A stretch of DNA of 64,000 nt from Actinomycetota bacterium (GCA_030019215.1 JASEEZ010000001.1:16588-80587); one strand, 5' to 3'; shown: positions 54,144-63,798, numbered from the stretch's first letter. Numbers and translations are program-made. The notes: a model not told the origin generated them from the letters alone.

Positions 54144-55703
54144 TCAAACCGAGGCTTCCAGAAATCTCTGGACGACGAAGGCTCTGTCCAGGGAGGTGAT
54201 GAACCAGCCGGCTCGAGGACCGGACTTCTTTCCCAATAAGGCAAGATAAATAGCCTGAAAAGATTGGGCTGGACTCAAACCCAACCGCTTGCCATGCTCG
54301 TGGATGAGATTGTGTACTCCTTCCGCCCGCCACTCGCAATCCTTAAACCTCTCAGCCAGGATGACCAGGAGCCTCTTTTGCTCCCCCGAGAGCTGGACAA
54401 CCTCTGCGGGCAACTCCTCTCTGACCGTGAACTTGAAAACATCCGGAGCATAACCAGTCAACCAACTCCTGGCATAGCCAAGTCGGCGGGAAAGCCAACC
54501 CGTATCCTCGACAACATAACCGCTTCTTCCCAGAACCTCCATGGCTCGCCTCACATCCGAACCAACCATCTGGGCAGCCAGAACCAGATGTAGAAAGGGA
54601 ATCTGGGGTGGGGCCTCCTTGGCAACCGCGCCCTCCTGTGAAAACTCGTAAACCCGCCTCAAGTAAGAATCCTCGGGAAGTTCCCCGGCGAAGTAGGATC
54701 GCTCAACTCCCTGATATTCGTCGACGAGCTGGAGCAGTCCACTCACCGGATCGAACTCAATGTGCTTTTCCGGTCTAACTCTCAAAATGAGAAAGCGAAC
54801 GACCCCGGGAGGAACGATATCGAGCACCTCCTGGATGGAGATGGCCACCCCAGTCGAGCTCGCCATGGCCCCCTTGCCTTTCAGATAGATCCACTCGTAA
54901 ACGATGGGGCTGGGTGGTTCATAGCCAAAGACCTCCCTGGAGATTTCGCTCCCAGTATCATATGATCCCCCCGCGGTGGCGTGATCTTTACCGAAAGGTT
55001 CCACCGTGACCTCCAGAGTTTTCCAGCGGGCCGGCCAATCGATGCGCCAAGGAAGCTTACCCATGCCCTTTCCATAATCCGCCACGCCCTTATGCCCACA
55101 CTCGCATGTGTAATCGACGGTGTGGCTGGAGACATCAGCCCTGAATATCTTCGTGTCAGTGATGCTCTCGCAAACCTGGCATTCCACATTGAAAGGCATC
55201 CAGTCTTTGGAAATATCTCTTCCGGTCTTCTCTTTCAGGATCGAAGCGATCTTATCCCTGTTCGACAGGGCCTCCGAGATTACCTCCGTATAGACGCCCT
55301 CTCGGTAAAGCTCATGAGCTCTGTAGATTGTCGGTGTCACCCCCAAACTGCCGAGGACATTCAAAAATGGCTTCAAGAAGTGCTCGGCATAGCTTTCGCA
55401 ACAACCATCGGGGTCAGGAATCCTATAAAGGGGCCTGCCCACATACTTCTCATAAGAACTAGGAAGAAAGGGGTAAACCCTTCTTAGGGGATCGAATGTA
55501 TCGGCGATGTAGATCAAACTCGCCTCCGCTCCCCCCTTCTTTAAAGCCCGGAAGGAAGCATCGGCCGTCACAACCTCCCTCAGGTTCCCGAGATGGATTG
55601 GTCCCGAGGGGGTGATGCCGGTGGCCACGACCTGCTTAAGGCCTCGATTCTTGATTGCCTGAACTGCAATATTATCCGCCCAATAACCCATCTTCGCGCT
55701 CAT
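54144..55703 (-). CDS. lysS: Lysine--tRNA ligase, class I
   Basis: YWAD, GITPSGPIHLGNLRE, KLPWRIDWPARW, EPFGKDH, MASSTG, GPRAG. Confidence 0.95.
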   Translation of the reverse strand: MSAKMGYWADNIAVQAIKNRGLKQVVATGITPSGPIHLGNLREVVTADASFRALKKGGAEASLIYIADTFDPLRRVYPFLPSSYEKYVGRPLYRIPDPDGCCESYAEHFLKPFLNVLGSLGVTPTIYRAHELYREGVYTEVISEALSNRDKIASILKEKTGRDISKDWMPFNVECQVCESITDTKIFRADVSSHTVDYTCECGHKGVADYGKGMGKLPWRIDWPARWKTLEVTVEPFGKDHATAGGSYDTGSEISREVFGYEPPSPIVYEWIYLKGKGAMASSTGVAISIQEVLDIVPPGVVRFLILRVRPEKHIEFDPVSGLLQLVDEYQGVERSYFAGELPEDSYLRRVYEFSQEGAVAKEAPPQIPFLHLVLAAQMVGSDVRRAMEVLGRSGYVVEDTGWLSRRLGYARSWLTGYAPDVFKFTVREELPAEVVQLSGEQKRLLVILAERFKDCEWRAEGVHNLIHEHGKRLGLSPAQSFQAIYLALLGKKSGPRAGWFITSLDRAFVVQRFLEASV

Positions 55704-55822
55704 TCTTCCTCGATTCCAAAAAGTCTACTCAAATATTACTACATAGGGGTTAAAAAACACAGAATCGCCCCGCCAATGGCGGGGCGATATCCACAAGGAC
55801 GTTTTGACCATATTCAGTCAAT

Positions 55823-56299
55823 TCACTTCTTTATCCTGATTATCTCGTATTCCAGATAGCCGGTGGGAACCTCCACTTTCACTGTCTCCCCGGGTTTTTT
55901 CCCGATGATAGCCTTACCAACTGGAGACTCGTTGGAAATCCGGTGATTGCTCGGATCCGCCTCAACAGAACCCACCAGAAGATAATCCTCCTCCTCACCG
56001 GTTTCAAGATCTCTCAAGGTCACCCTGGAACCCAAAGCAACCTTGTCAGCCTTGGCGCTCCTTCTCCGGATCACCTTCGCCTTGGCGAGCAAATCGTTTA
56101 TTTGAGCGATGCGGCCCTCCACGAAAGCTTGCTCATTTTTGGCATCGTTGTACTCGGGGTTCTCCGCCAGCTCCCCAAACTCAATCGACTCTTTTATCCT
56201 TTCAGCTACCTCTCTTCGCCTCTTTTTGACCAAATAGTCGAGTTCATCCAATAACTTTTTATATCCCTCTGATGTGAGAACAACTTCACTGTTGGTCAA
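55823..56299 (-). CDS. greA: Transcription elongation factor GreA
   Basis: LT.EGY.KL..EL, GELAENPEY..AK.EQ, ISNESPVG. Confidence 0.96.
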   Translation of the reverse strand: MTNSEVVLTSEGYKKLLDELDYLVKKRRREVAERIKESIEFGELAENPEYNDAKNEQAFVEGRIAQINDLLAKAKVIRRRSAKADKVALGSRVTLRDLETGEEEDYLLVGSVEADPSNHRISNESPVGKAIIGKKPGETVKVEVPTGYLEYEIIRIKK

Positions 56300-56337
56300 T
56301 TTTTTTCTCTCCTTAAACTTTTAATAATTGATAGAAT

Positions 56338-56405
56338 GAGCACCGCTCAAGCAGTGCCCATTAAAACCAGCTACGTATTATAAGAAAATATCCCCACGAT
56401 GTCAA
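56338..56405 (-). promoter_or_regulatory. Consensus greA promoter with leader hairpin
   Basis: TTGACA-N17-TATAAT (56377-56405), then GGGCACUGC-UUGA-GCGGUGCUC hairpin (56338-56359). Confidence 0.75.
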
Positions 56406-56443
56406 AATTTTATCACCAGTGGTGACTCAAGCTATCTTACAAA

Positions 56444-57580
56444 CTACCTTATATATTGCATCCTTCTCCTCAACCTGTAAAACCACCTCCTGTTGCTCTT
56501 TTTCGCAGCGTTCCTTCTGATTTCCCTGATCTGTTCGCGGGTTATCCTCCTCTCAAAACTTCGAAAGCCGCCGATCTTGAAACCATGCTTCTCAGCCAAT
56601 CGAGAAATCTTCTCGACCTGATTGACTTTGACGCCCCCCACACTAAAATCCCCATCGATCCCCTCCAGGCACAATATCATCGTCTCCGCCATGCAAGCGT
56701 AAGCGTATTTATCGGGTTTCAATCTGAAATCGTAGGCAAATTGAGCTTTCCTTTTCACCCGCAAGCCCGGGATACGAATGATACCTCCCTCGAAAACCAG
56801 CACATCGTCCCTTTTCTCCAAAACCGATCTGGAAACATCGGGAGGCTGAGCGACATCGCAGACCACAGTTCCCGATTCGAGATCATCCGCAGTAATGATC
56901 GCCTTTGCATCGCTACTGGCGGTGATGACCACATCCGCATCCCTCAGAGCCCGATGAATCTCGGTGGATACATCAACCTCGGTTAAGTTCCTCAACCTGA
57001 CCGCTTGAATCTCCAAAGCCTTTCGCGTTCTTCCAACCAATACCAGGCGTGCCACCTGGGGAGCGATTACCTCCGTGCAAGCTCGACCAATCGATCCCGT
57101 AGCCCCCACGACCGCCAGTTTGGCCCCGGAGAGACGAATCCCCATCAGCTTGGCCGCCTTCTTGGTTCCCTCAATCGCCGCCGCTACCGTATAGCTGTTT
57201 CCCGTGGTAACGGGGATATTCACCTCGTTGCGAATGGCCAGCCCACCGTTCGTGACCACCGAGGTGAATGCCCCCAACCCAACGATGCTCGCACCCAGCT
57301 CCTCAGCCTTATTAATTGCCTCAACGATCTTGCTCCTGGCCAGTTCCGGATAAGCCCCCATCTGTTCGGGTAAAAGCGGAATGGTGATAAACCAACCTTC
57401 AGCCTTTCTTCTCGTCTTCGAGCGCACACCCGTCATAAAAGAACCGATGAAGGGGGGCCTCTCGCACATCCACAGGAGCACCTTTTTCACCAGGGCTGGG
57501 GGGCGCCCCTTTGCTCCGGGCTCGAAACTCTCCACATCGTCCATGTCCAGAGGATGTATCAGAAAAGCAAACCTTCTCAC
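56444..57580 (-). CDS. Acyl-ACP reductase (aldehyde-forming)-like NAD(P) oxidoreductase, often labelled shikimate dehydrogenase-like
   Basis: FAFLIHP, GLGAFTS, TTGNSYT, VVGATGSIG, YACMAETM, FSVG, KHGF are collinear with cyanobacterial AAR motifs (LGGF, TTGNTHT, GATGDIG, FACFAEAM, FSWG, RHGF). Confidence 0.75.
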   Translation of the reverse strand: MRRFAFLIHPLDMDDVESFEPGAKGRPPALVKKVLLWMCERPPFIGSFMTGVRSKTRRKAEGWFITIPLLPEQMGAYPELARSKIVEAINKAEELGASIVGLGAFTSVVTNGGLAIRNEVNIPVTTGNSYTVAAAIEGTKKAAKLMGIRLSGAKLAVVGATGSIGRACTEVIAPQVARLVLVGRTRKALEIQAVRLRNLTEVDVSTEIHRALRDADVVITASSDAKAIITADDLESGTVVCDVAQPPDVSRSVLEKRDDVLVFEGGIIRIPGLRVKRKAQFAYDFRLKPDKYAYACMAETMILCLEGIDGDFSVGGVKVNQVEKISRLAEKHGFKIGGFRSFERRITREQIREIRRNAAKKSNRRWFYRLRRRMQYIR

Positions 57581-57608
57581 TAAAACCTCCTAGCCGAGGG
57601 AATCCTCC

Positions 57609-58046
57609 TCAACAACCCTCGATCCTCTCCTTAATCCCCTCCAGCATCATTCGGGAGTTCTCCTTCACTTTCATCTCCAAAACAGGGCCGATTAGCTCAG
57701 CCAAAGTGGGCATGCCAAAATCGAAGTCGACCGTGAGAATAATCTCGGTCCCGTCGGGGAGCTCCTTAAAAATCCATTCTCCCTCGAACTTATCGAGGTC
57801 CCCTTCGATCAGCCTGTATTTGATGCGCATATTCTCATCATCAAACTCCTCGCGCTCCCTCCAGGAGATAGAAACATCCTCCACATCGGTCTCCCACTCT
57901 GTGATGGTGGCGTTCCCGTCTCGCTTGATCACCTTCACACTCTTTACATCACGCATAAACTTGGGGTACCGCTCCATGTCTCTAGCCAATCGATAAACGT
58001 CCCCTCTGTCACCCTTGATGACGATGGATGTCTCAACGTATGGCAT
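57609..58046 (-). CDS. SRPBCC/START (polyketide cyclase-like) protein
   Basis: Y.LA.DME.YP.FM.DV..V...W...WRE...GD...FEGEW pattern. Confidence 0.85.
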   Translation of the reverse strand: MPYVETSIVIKGDRGDVYRLARDMERYPKFMRDVKSVKVIKRDGNATITEWETDVEDVSISWREREEFDDENMRIKYRLIEGDLDKFEGEWIFKELPDGTEIILTVDFDFGMPTLAELIGPVLEMKVKENSRMMLEGIKERIEGC

Positions 58047-58067
58047 CAAATCCCCCCCCTCGAATGC

Positions 58068-59378
58068 TTAACCTTCCCCAAAAAGCGCCGAATACCTGGA
58101 TTGGGCTTTGCCGACCGCCCGCTCGACCCCCTCTACAACCTTGTCTATCTGGGACTTCGTTATCACCAGCGGTGGTTCGAAACGAATGACCCTTGGATTG
58201 TTGAGAGTGTAAACCGCAGTTATTCCTTCTTTGAGCATCTCAGGGATTACTATTCCCCCCAAGCCCTCCCTGGCAAGCTCCAGGCCAATCATCAATCCTT
58301 TCCCCCGAACATCGGAGATGATGTTGGGATGGTCCACTTGGAGATCCCCCAAACAACCTAGGAGATAGTCACCGAGGCGGGCCGCTTTCTCACACAGCCC
58401 CTCCTCCAAAACAACCTCGATGGCCGCCTTTGCCGCCACACAAGCCAGGGGATTGCCACCAAATGTCGAGGTGATGATCAACGGATTGGGAGAAAGAGCC
58501 TCCCAAACTACCGGAGTACCCATAAAGACACCAATGGGTACGACTCCTCCACTGAGACCCTTCGCCAGGGTCATGATATCGGGCTCGACCCCATAGTGCT
58601 CCACCGCAAACATCTTCCCCGTTCGACCCAGACCCGTCTGGATTTCATCGATTATCAGCAGAACCTTTTTCTCAGTACATACTCGCCTGACCTCAGCTAA
58701 AAAATCGGGGGGAGGAATGACGATGCCGGCTTCCCCTTGAATGGGCTCCAGGATGACCGCTGCCGTTTTGTCATCCATCGCTTCCTCTATGGCTTCGGCA
58801 TCTCCAAAGGGAACATGGGTAAAATCCCCGACGAGAGGTCTGAAGGGAGCCTTATATACCTCTCTTCCGGTGGCGCTCAACGCTCCAAACGTCTTTCCGT
58901 GAAAGGCACCAATGGTGGAGATTATCCTCGTCTTCTTGGTCGCCAGGCGGGCCAGCTTTATCGCTCCCTCAACCGCCTCGGCTCCACTGTTGCAAAAGAA
59001 GGAATACTTCAGGTTCCCGGGGGCAATTTTGGCCAAGAGTTCAGCCAAGTCCAACATGGGCTTGCTCAAAAAAACCTTCGAGGAAAGAGGCATCCGATCC
59101 AGTTGCTCCTTCACCGCCTGTACAACTTTGGGGTGACGGTGTCCAACATTGAAAACGGCATAGCCTCCGGCACAGTCGATGTACTCTCTTCCGTAAACAT
59201 CTTTGATGACGGCCCCTTGCGCCTCCAGCTCCACGGTATCGTACCCGGTGAACTTGAGGAGGCGAGCCAGCGAGGGATTATAGTAATCCCTCATCTTCTG
59301 AAGAGTTTCTTGAGTCAAACCCTTTGTCTTCTCGGTGTTAAAATCGGTATTCAAATTCCCACTCCCATTCCACGCCAC
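58068..59378 (-). CDS. Class III PLP aminotransferase (putrescine/acetylornithine aminotransferase-like)
   Basis: NSGAEAVEGAIKLAR, FHGKT, EPIQGEAG, DEIQTGLGRTG, AKGLSGG, STFGGNP. Confidence 0.92.
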   Translation of the reverse strand: MAWNGSGNLNTDFNTEKTKGLTQETLQKMRDYYNPSLARLLKFTGYDTVELEAQGAVIKDVYGREYIDCAGGYAVFNVGHRHPKVVQAVKEQLDRMPLSSKVFLSKPMLDLAELLAKIAPGNLKYSFFCNSGAEAVEGAIKLARLATKKTRIISTIGAFHGKTFGALSATGREVYKAPFRPLVGDFTHVPFGDAEAIEEAMDDKTAAVILEPIQGEAGIVIPPPDFLAEVRRVCTEKKVLLIIDEIQTGLGRTGKMFAVEHYGVEPDIMTLAKGLSGGVVPIGVFMGTPVVWEALSPNPLIITSTFGGNPLACVAAKAAIEVVLEEGLCEKAARLGDYLLGCLGDLQVDHPNIISDVRGKGLMIGLELAREGLGGIVIPEMLKEGITAVYTLNNPRVIRFEPPLVITKSQIDKVVEGVERAVGKAQSRYSALFGEG

Positions 59379-60284
59379 TCAATTCAGCTTCTCGATCCTG
59401 GGTTTAAAATGCAGCTTCCTGAGCATATTAAGATAATCATCGGCCTTGATTTTATCCCAGGGCTTGCCCATGAGAACAACCAGTACCGCTTCCATAACAT
59501 TTGTGCCGAAAGACCGCCCGCCGAGCTCAGGAGTGGTGGTGATGAGATACTCCACGCCCCGTTGCCTTAGATCCTCGACATCCTCCTTGGTCACAGTATT
59601 TGTGAGTACCCACTTACCCCTCATATCCTTGGGCATGTATCTCCTGATAAAGAGAAAATCGCCGGCTATTATATCCGCCCCGGCATAGTACTTTTCGTGC
59701 TTGGCCTTCGGTTCTTTTTCCTGCTCACCCCCGGTGGGATAGAGCATCTTGAAGGGCATCTTGGTGACAATGGGCAGAAGCATCCGAGCCAGGACCTCAA
59801 AGGTGGAAAACGACCTTATCGCTATGGGGATGTCCAGGCCGAAGATTAAATCGCCGAAGATCATCTTGCATCCGGCCGCGTGCAGGGCCTCGGCTATCCC
59901 AAAGCGGTCGACGGCGCTCACCATGAGCACCGCCTTCCCCTCGAGCTTCAAATCTGCCTCCTCCTGGAGGTAGCGGACAACTTCCCTCTCCAGGGTATTC
60001 TTGAGCCCGCTCCCGTCGACCAAGGGAGTCTTCTTCACAACCTTCTGGAGTTTAACCGCATCCTTGATCGGATACCGTGTGCTACCAGCGTAGAGATAAA
60101 GGTCTATCCCACCCAGACCAAGGGCATCGACTTTGCCATCCATCTCCTTGAGAAGCTGGATGGCCCTGTCGAAATCTCCATTGGTGCCTATCCGTCTGAT
60201 CCTAACTTCTTCTCCAAGAAATTTAACTTTTACCTCATGGTCTCTTTTTGAGGAGCCAAGACTTATACTTACGACCTCTTTCAC
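59379..60284 (-). CDS. Conserved uncharacterised protein (family often labelled quinate 5-dehydrogenase)
   Basis: VVSISLGSSKRDH, R.GT.GD, GLGGID, VDGSGLKNTLER, SAVDRFG, GRSFGTNVMEA. Confidence 0.7.
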   Translation of the reverse strand: MKEVVSISLGSSKRDHEVKVKFLGEEVRIRRIGTNGDFDRAIQLLKEMDGKVDALGLGGIDLYLYAGSTRYPIKDAVKLQKVVKKTPLVDGSGLKNTLEREVVRYLQEEADLKLEGKAVLMVSAVDRFGIAEALHAAGCKMIFGDLIFGLDIPIAIRSFSTFEVLARMLLPIVTKMPFKMLYPTGGEQEKEPKAKHEKYYAGADIIAGDFLFIRRYMPKDMRGKWVLTNTVTKEDVEDLRQRGVEYLITTTPELGGRSFGTNVMEAVLVVLMGKPWDKIKADDYLNMLRKLHFKPRIEKLN

Positions 60285-60828
60285 GCCACTTCCCTCCTCT
60301 CTTCTCAGTGACCACCGTACTTAGAATCGACCGCAACTCATCGGGGTCGACATATTTATCCTCTCTGATCGGGGATCTTCCAATGGGGATGCCCAAAACC
60401 CTACCATCAAGTATCTTTTCGATCACAGAAATTCTCTTATCCGAGACCAGGAGGACGACCAAATCGTAGTCCCTGAGTTTGGCTAAAATCTGCAGGACCT
60501 CGTTGAAGAGCTCGGTGCCGTTCTCGCGCCCGACGAAGTTAAGACGCTCCTCCTCGCTCAGGAGAAAAATGAAATCGACACCGCAAACCCTGGCGATCTC
60601 CTCCACCATTTCCTTGTTTTCGATAGGAAAACCAACGAGCGCAACCCGCTCCCCCCTCCTCACCTCGCCAAGACCTTCGAGGCGAGAAACAAAGGACCGC
60701 TCCACTCCCAGATTTAAGGCAACCTCCTGTTGAGTTGCCCCTCTTGACCGCTGATGGAGAATTTCGCCGATGAGCTTGGATATCCGCTCTCGACTGACGA
60801 CCTTCTCCCCTATGCGGATGAACTCCAC
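60235..60828 (-). CDS. HTH transcriptional regulator
   Basis: RSRGATQQEVA..LGVERSFVSRLE helix-turn-helix. Start GTG 60828 with RBS GGAGG. Confidence 0.8.
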   Translation of the reverse strand: MEFIRIGEKVVSRERISKLIGEILHQRSRGATQQEVALNLGVERSFVSRLEGLGEVRRGERVALVGFPIENKEMVEEIARVCGVDFIFLLSEEERLNFVGRENGTELFNEVLQILAKLRDYDLVVLLVSDKRISVIEKILDGRVLGIPIGRSPIREDKYVDPDELRSILSTVVTEKRGGKWRERGRKYKSWLLKKRP

Positions 60829-60854
60829 AAGATTTCCTCCCGAGAAAAGAATTG

Positions 60855-60874
60855 TGAGCACAAATTTGTGTACA
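60855..60874. promoter_or_regulatory. Palindromic operator at the operon promoter
   Basis: TGAG-CACAAATTTGTG-TACA lies directly downstream of a minus-strand -10 TAATAT (60875-60880). Confidence 0.6.
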
Positions 60875-60979
60875 ATATTACCATATAGCTTCGGGTGATT
60901 TGAATATTTTTCTCAAACCATTTTGCAGGTAATTAAAAATATGGTAATCTTCTTTTCAGCCCACAAAGGAGGAACCGAG

Positions 60980-61852
60980 ATGCTGAAGATAGCCTTACCC
61001 AAGGGAAGTCTAGAAGAACAAACCCTGCTACTCTTCAAGGAAGCGGATCTTGAGATAAAACGGGAGTTCCGAGCCTACAATCCAATCATTCGCGATCCCA
61101 GAATCTCTCAAGTTAAGCTCCTGAGGCCCCAGGAGATCCCAGGATACGTGGCGGAGAGCTACTTCGACCTTGGTATCTCCGGCCTGGACTGCATCCTTGA
61201 ATCTGGAGCCGATGTGGTAGAAGTAGCCGAACTGCCTTACAGTAAATTGACCGCCGAACCGGTGAAGATAGTTCTGGCAGTCTTCGAGGATTCGGAGGTA
61301 GGGGAACCAAAACAGATCCTCCCGGGGAGCAGGGTATCAACAGAATTTCCAAACGTCACCAAGGAGTACTTCGAGAAATTAGGTATCCCCGTCAAGATCT
61401 CCTACTCCCATGGAGCAACTGAGGCCAAGGTCCCCGAATTGACCGATGTGGTGGTGGATCTAACAGAGACCGGCGAGACCTTGAGGAAAAACCGTCTTAA
61501 AGTCATCGGGACCATAATGGAGTCCACCACAAAGCTCTTTGCCAATAAGGATTCCTGGAAAAACCCGGAGAAGAGAAAGGCAATCGAGGAGATAAAAACG
61601 CTTCTAGTTGGGGTGATTGAGGCACGAGGAAGGGTTCTCTTGAGTATGAACGTGCCAGAGGAAAAGTTAGACGATGTGATGGAAGCACTGCCCGCCATGA
61701 AGAAGCCCACCATCGCCAAGCTCTACCACGCCAACTACTACGAAGTAACCACGGTGGTCAACAAAGATGAGGTCAACATCCTGATCCCCGAGCTAAAGAG
61801 AAAGGGAGCCGAGGATATCCTGGAGATAAACATCTCCAAGATCGTCAAGTAG
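60980..61852 (+). CDS. hisG: ATP phosphoribosyltransferase, long form
   Basis: KIALPKGSL, LRPQEIP, DLGISG.D, GATEAK, DLTETGETL; C-terminal ACT-like domain. Confidence 0.95.
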   Translation: MLKIALPKGSLEEQTLLLFKEADLEIKREFRAYNPIIRDPRISQVKLLRPQEIPGYVAESYFDLGISGLDCILESGADVVEVAELPYSKLTAEPVKIVLAVFEDSEVGEPKQILPGSRVSTEFPNVTKEYFEKLGIPVKISYSHGATEAKVPELTDVVVDLTETGETLRKNRLKVIGTIMESTTKLFANKDSWKNPEKRKAIEEIKTLLVGVIEARGRVLLSMNVPEEKLDDVMEALPAMKKPTIAKLYHANYYEVTTVVNKDEVNILIPELKRKGAEDILEINISKIVK

Positions 61853-61855
61853 CCC

Positions 61856-62005
61856 CTGCTGTCAGCCGCCAGCTTCCAGCTACCAGCTTGACAGCTCGGC
61901 CTCACGGCCTTGATAGCTGATGGCTCGCTCCCCCGCCGATGGCGGGGTCGCTCGATAGCATAAACCATCTGCCATCAATCATCCGCCATCAGCCATCCGT
62001 CATCG
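61856..62005. repeat. Heptamer repeats plus a GC palindrome between convergent genes
   Basis: (C)CAGCTN and GCCATCN-type units; CCCCGCCGATGGCGGGG at 61931-61947. Confidence 0.6.
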
Positions 62006-62012
62006 AGCGAAG

Positions 62013-62777
62013 TTAAATGTTTTTATCGTAGACTTTCTTCAAGCCGGTGAGGGTGAGAAGAGGATCAACCTTGTGAATGGTTTTGCACTCCGGCGCGATT
62101 AGTTCGGCCAACCCACCCGTGGCCACGACAAAGCACTCCCCGCCCATCTCCGTCTGAATCATTCCGACCAGAGAATCCACCTGTCCAGCGGTGCCCAGGA
62201 TGACACCCGCCTGGATGCTCGCCCCGGTATTCTTACCGATGACCGAGGGGGGCTTCACCAAATCGACGCGGGAGAGCTTGGCAGCGGTCTCGAAAAGGGC
62301 TTCGGCCGAGATTTCAACCCCGGGGGTGATCACTCCACCCAAATACTCCCCCTTCTCGGAGATGGCATCGAAGGTGGTGGCCGTGCCAAAGTCGACCACT
62401 ATGACCGGTCCGCCGTAAAGCTCATAGGCGGCCACGGCGTTGACGATTCTATCGGCACCGACTTCGTGGGGATTGTCGTAGAGGATGGGCATTCCCGTCT
62501 TCACACCGGGGCCGACGATCATTGGCTCGATCTTTAGATTCCTCCTGGCCATCTCCTCCAGAGAAGCGGTACAGTGTGGAACAACCGAAGAGATGATGAC
62601 CGCGGTCATAGAAGGAAGATTCAGCCCCTCCAGAGCGAGCAAATCGGCCAGAGTAACGGTGACCTCGTCGGCGGTCTCCTCTTTATTCGTGGAGATGCGC
62701 CAGTGGCAGTAAAGATTCTCCCCTTCGAACAAACCGATGCAGGTCTGGGTATTTCCGACATCTATTGCCAGCAGCAT
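62013..62777 (-). CDS. coaX: Type III pantothenate kinase
   Basis: IDVGNT, SSVVP, GADRI.N, VDFGTATTFD, ATGG. Confidence 0.96.
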   Translation of the reverse strand: MLLAIDVGNTQTCIGLFEGENLYCHWRISTNKEETADEVTVTLADLLALEGLNLPSMTAVIISSVVPHCTASLEEMARRNLKIEPMIVGPGVKTGMPILYDNPHEVGADRIVNAVAAYELYGGPVIVVDFGTATTFDAISEKGEYLGGVITPGVEISAEALFETAAKLSRVDLVKPPSVIGKNTGASIQAGVILGTAGQVDSLVGMIQTEMGGECFVVATGGLAELIAPECKTIHKVDPLLTLTGLKKVYDKNI

Positions 62778-62864
62778 CTCTTCTCCACCGACGAAATCTT
62801 CCTCAGTTACCTGGGATTATAACAGATAATCGGAATTTTTCCACCGAGTCTCACTGGAAATTCT

Positions 62865-63404
62865 CTAGAGATACCTCGCCAGAACTCCCATTCTTTTGAG
62901 CTTTCCGACTAAAAAAGCCCCAACTAAAGCTTTGATCAGATCAACCCCGATGAAAGGAACAACACCGAGCAGAAAGGCCTTTCCGAGGCTCAACTTCATA
63001 AAGAGCGAAAGCTGGATCATTCCCAGAAGATAGATGACGACGACGCCAGCGAGCATGGAGGCAAAAATTGAGCCAAAACCCGGATTCGTCCTCCCCTCAA
63101 GCAACTTACCGATCAAAAAGGCCGCGACTATGAAACCGAAAAGGTATCCTCCCGTTGGACCCACCAGGACCCCGTAACCGGCGGTTCCCCCTGCAAAGAC
63201 CGGTAGGCCAACGCAGCCCAGAAGAACGTAGACCACCTGGCTCAAGGCACCCAGGTTCGCTCCCAGAACAGCCCCGGCCAAGAGGGTGAACAATACCTGA
63301 AGAGTTACAGGTACGGGGCTAAAAGGCAAAGGTATCCTCACCCAGGCCCCAGCGGCGGTCAAGGCAGCAAAGAGTGCAACCAAGATTAATTGCCGAATCT
63401 TCAC
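62865..63404 (-). CDS. bioY: Biotin transporter BioY
   Basis: PVPVTLQ, GLPVFAGG, GPTGGYLFGF, PFI..D..K. Confidence 0.95.
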   Translation of the reverse strand: MKIRQLILVALFAALTAAGAWVRIPLPFSPVPVTLQVLFTLLAGAVLGANLGALSQVVYVLLGCVGLPVFAGGTAGYGVLVGPTGGYLFGFIVAAFLIGKLLEGRTNPGFGSIFASMLAGVVVIYLLGMIQLSLFMKLSLGKAFLLGVVPFIGVDLIKALVGAFLVGKLKRMGVLARYL

Positions 63405-63425
63405 CCTCAAGCCCCCCTCAAACAT

Positions 63426-63459
63426 AATGTTAACCCAATTCAGCATATTGGTTGACATT
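63426..63459. promoter_or_regulatory. BirA (biotin) operator
   Basis: AATGTTAAC-N16-GTTGACATT directly upstream of bioY matches the wwTGTtAAC...GTTaACAww consensus. Confidence 0.85.
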
Positions 63460-63594
63460 CTACTTCATCGTGATTCCCGCGTCAAGGAGATGTTTCATCT
63501 GTTTACGAGAAAGATTAAAATATATAATGTGGTTTTTCTCCATTTTCAGTGGATAAATTATTAACTCGTTCTTTGCCAAAAGACTTGCTCATAA

Positions 63595-63702
63595 AGGGAT
63601 TCGAGGGGCCGAGGATTCAAGGATTCGAGTGTCTGTTTTCTAAAGACTTCAAACATCCCATTCCCCTTGACCCCTTGACTCCTGGAATCCCTGAATCCTA
63701 AA
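63595..63702. repeat. Octamer-armed hairpin element, homologous to 40696-40810
   Basis: GGATTCRA-type left arm, shared core GTCTGTTTTCTAAAGA, TTGACCCC/GAATCCT right arm. Confidence 0.75.
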
Positions 63703-63798
63703 GTTCTCTTTGCGCTTCACCTCGCATTAGTGGTTTCTACCCACTATTTTGGAGAATAACCTATAATGTTTATTATTAGCCGCTTGCTTGGGGGCAAT

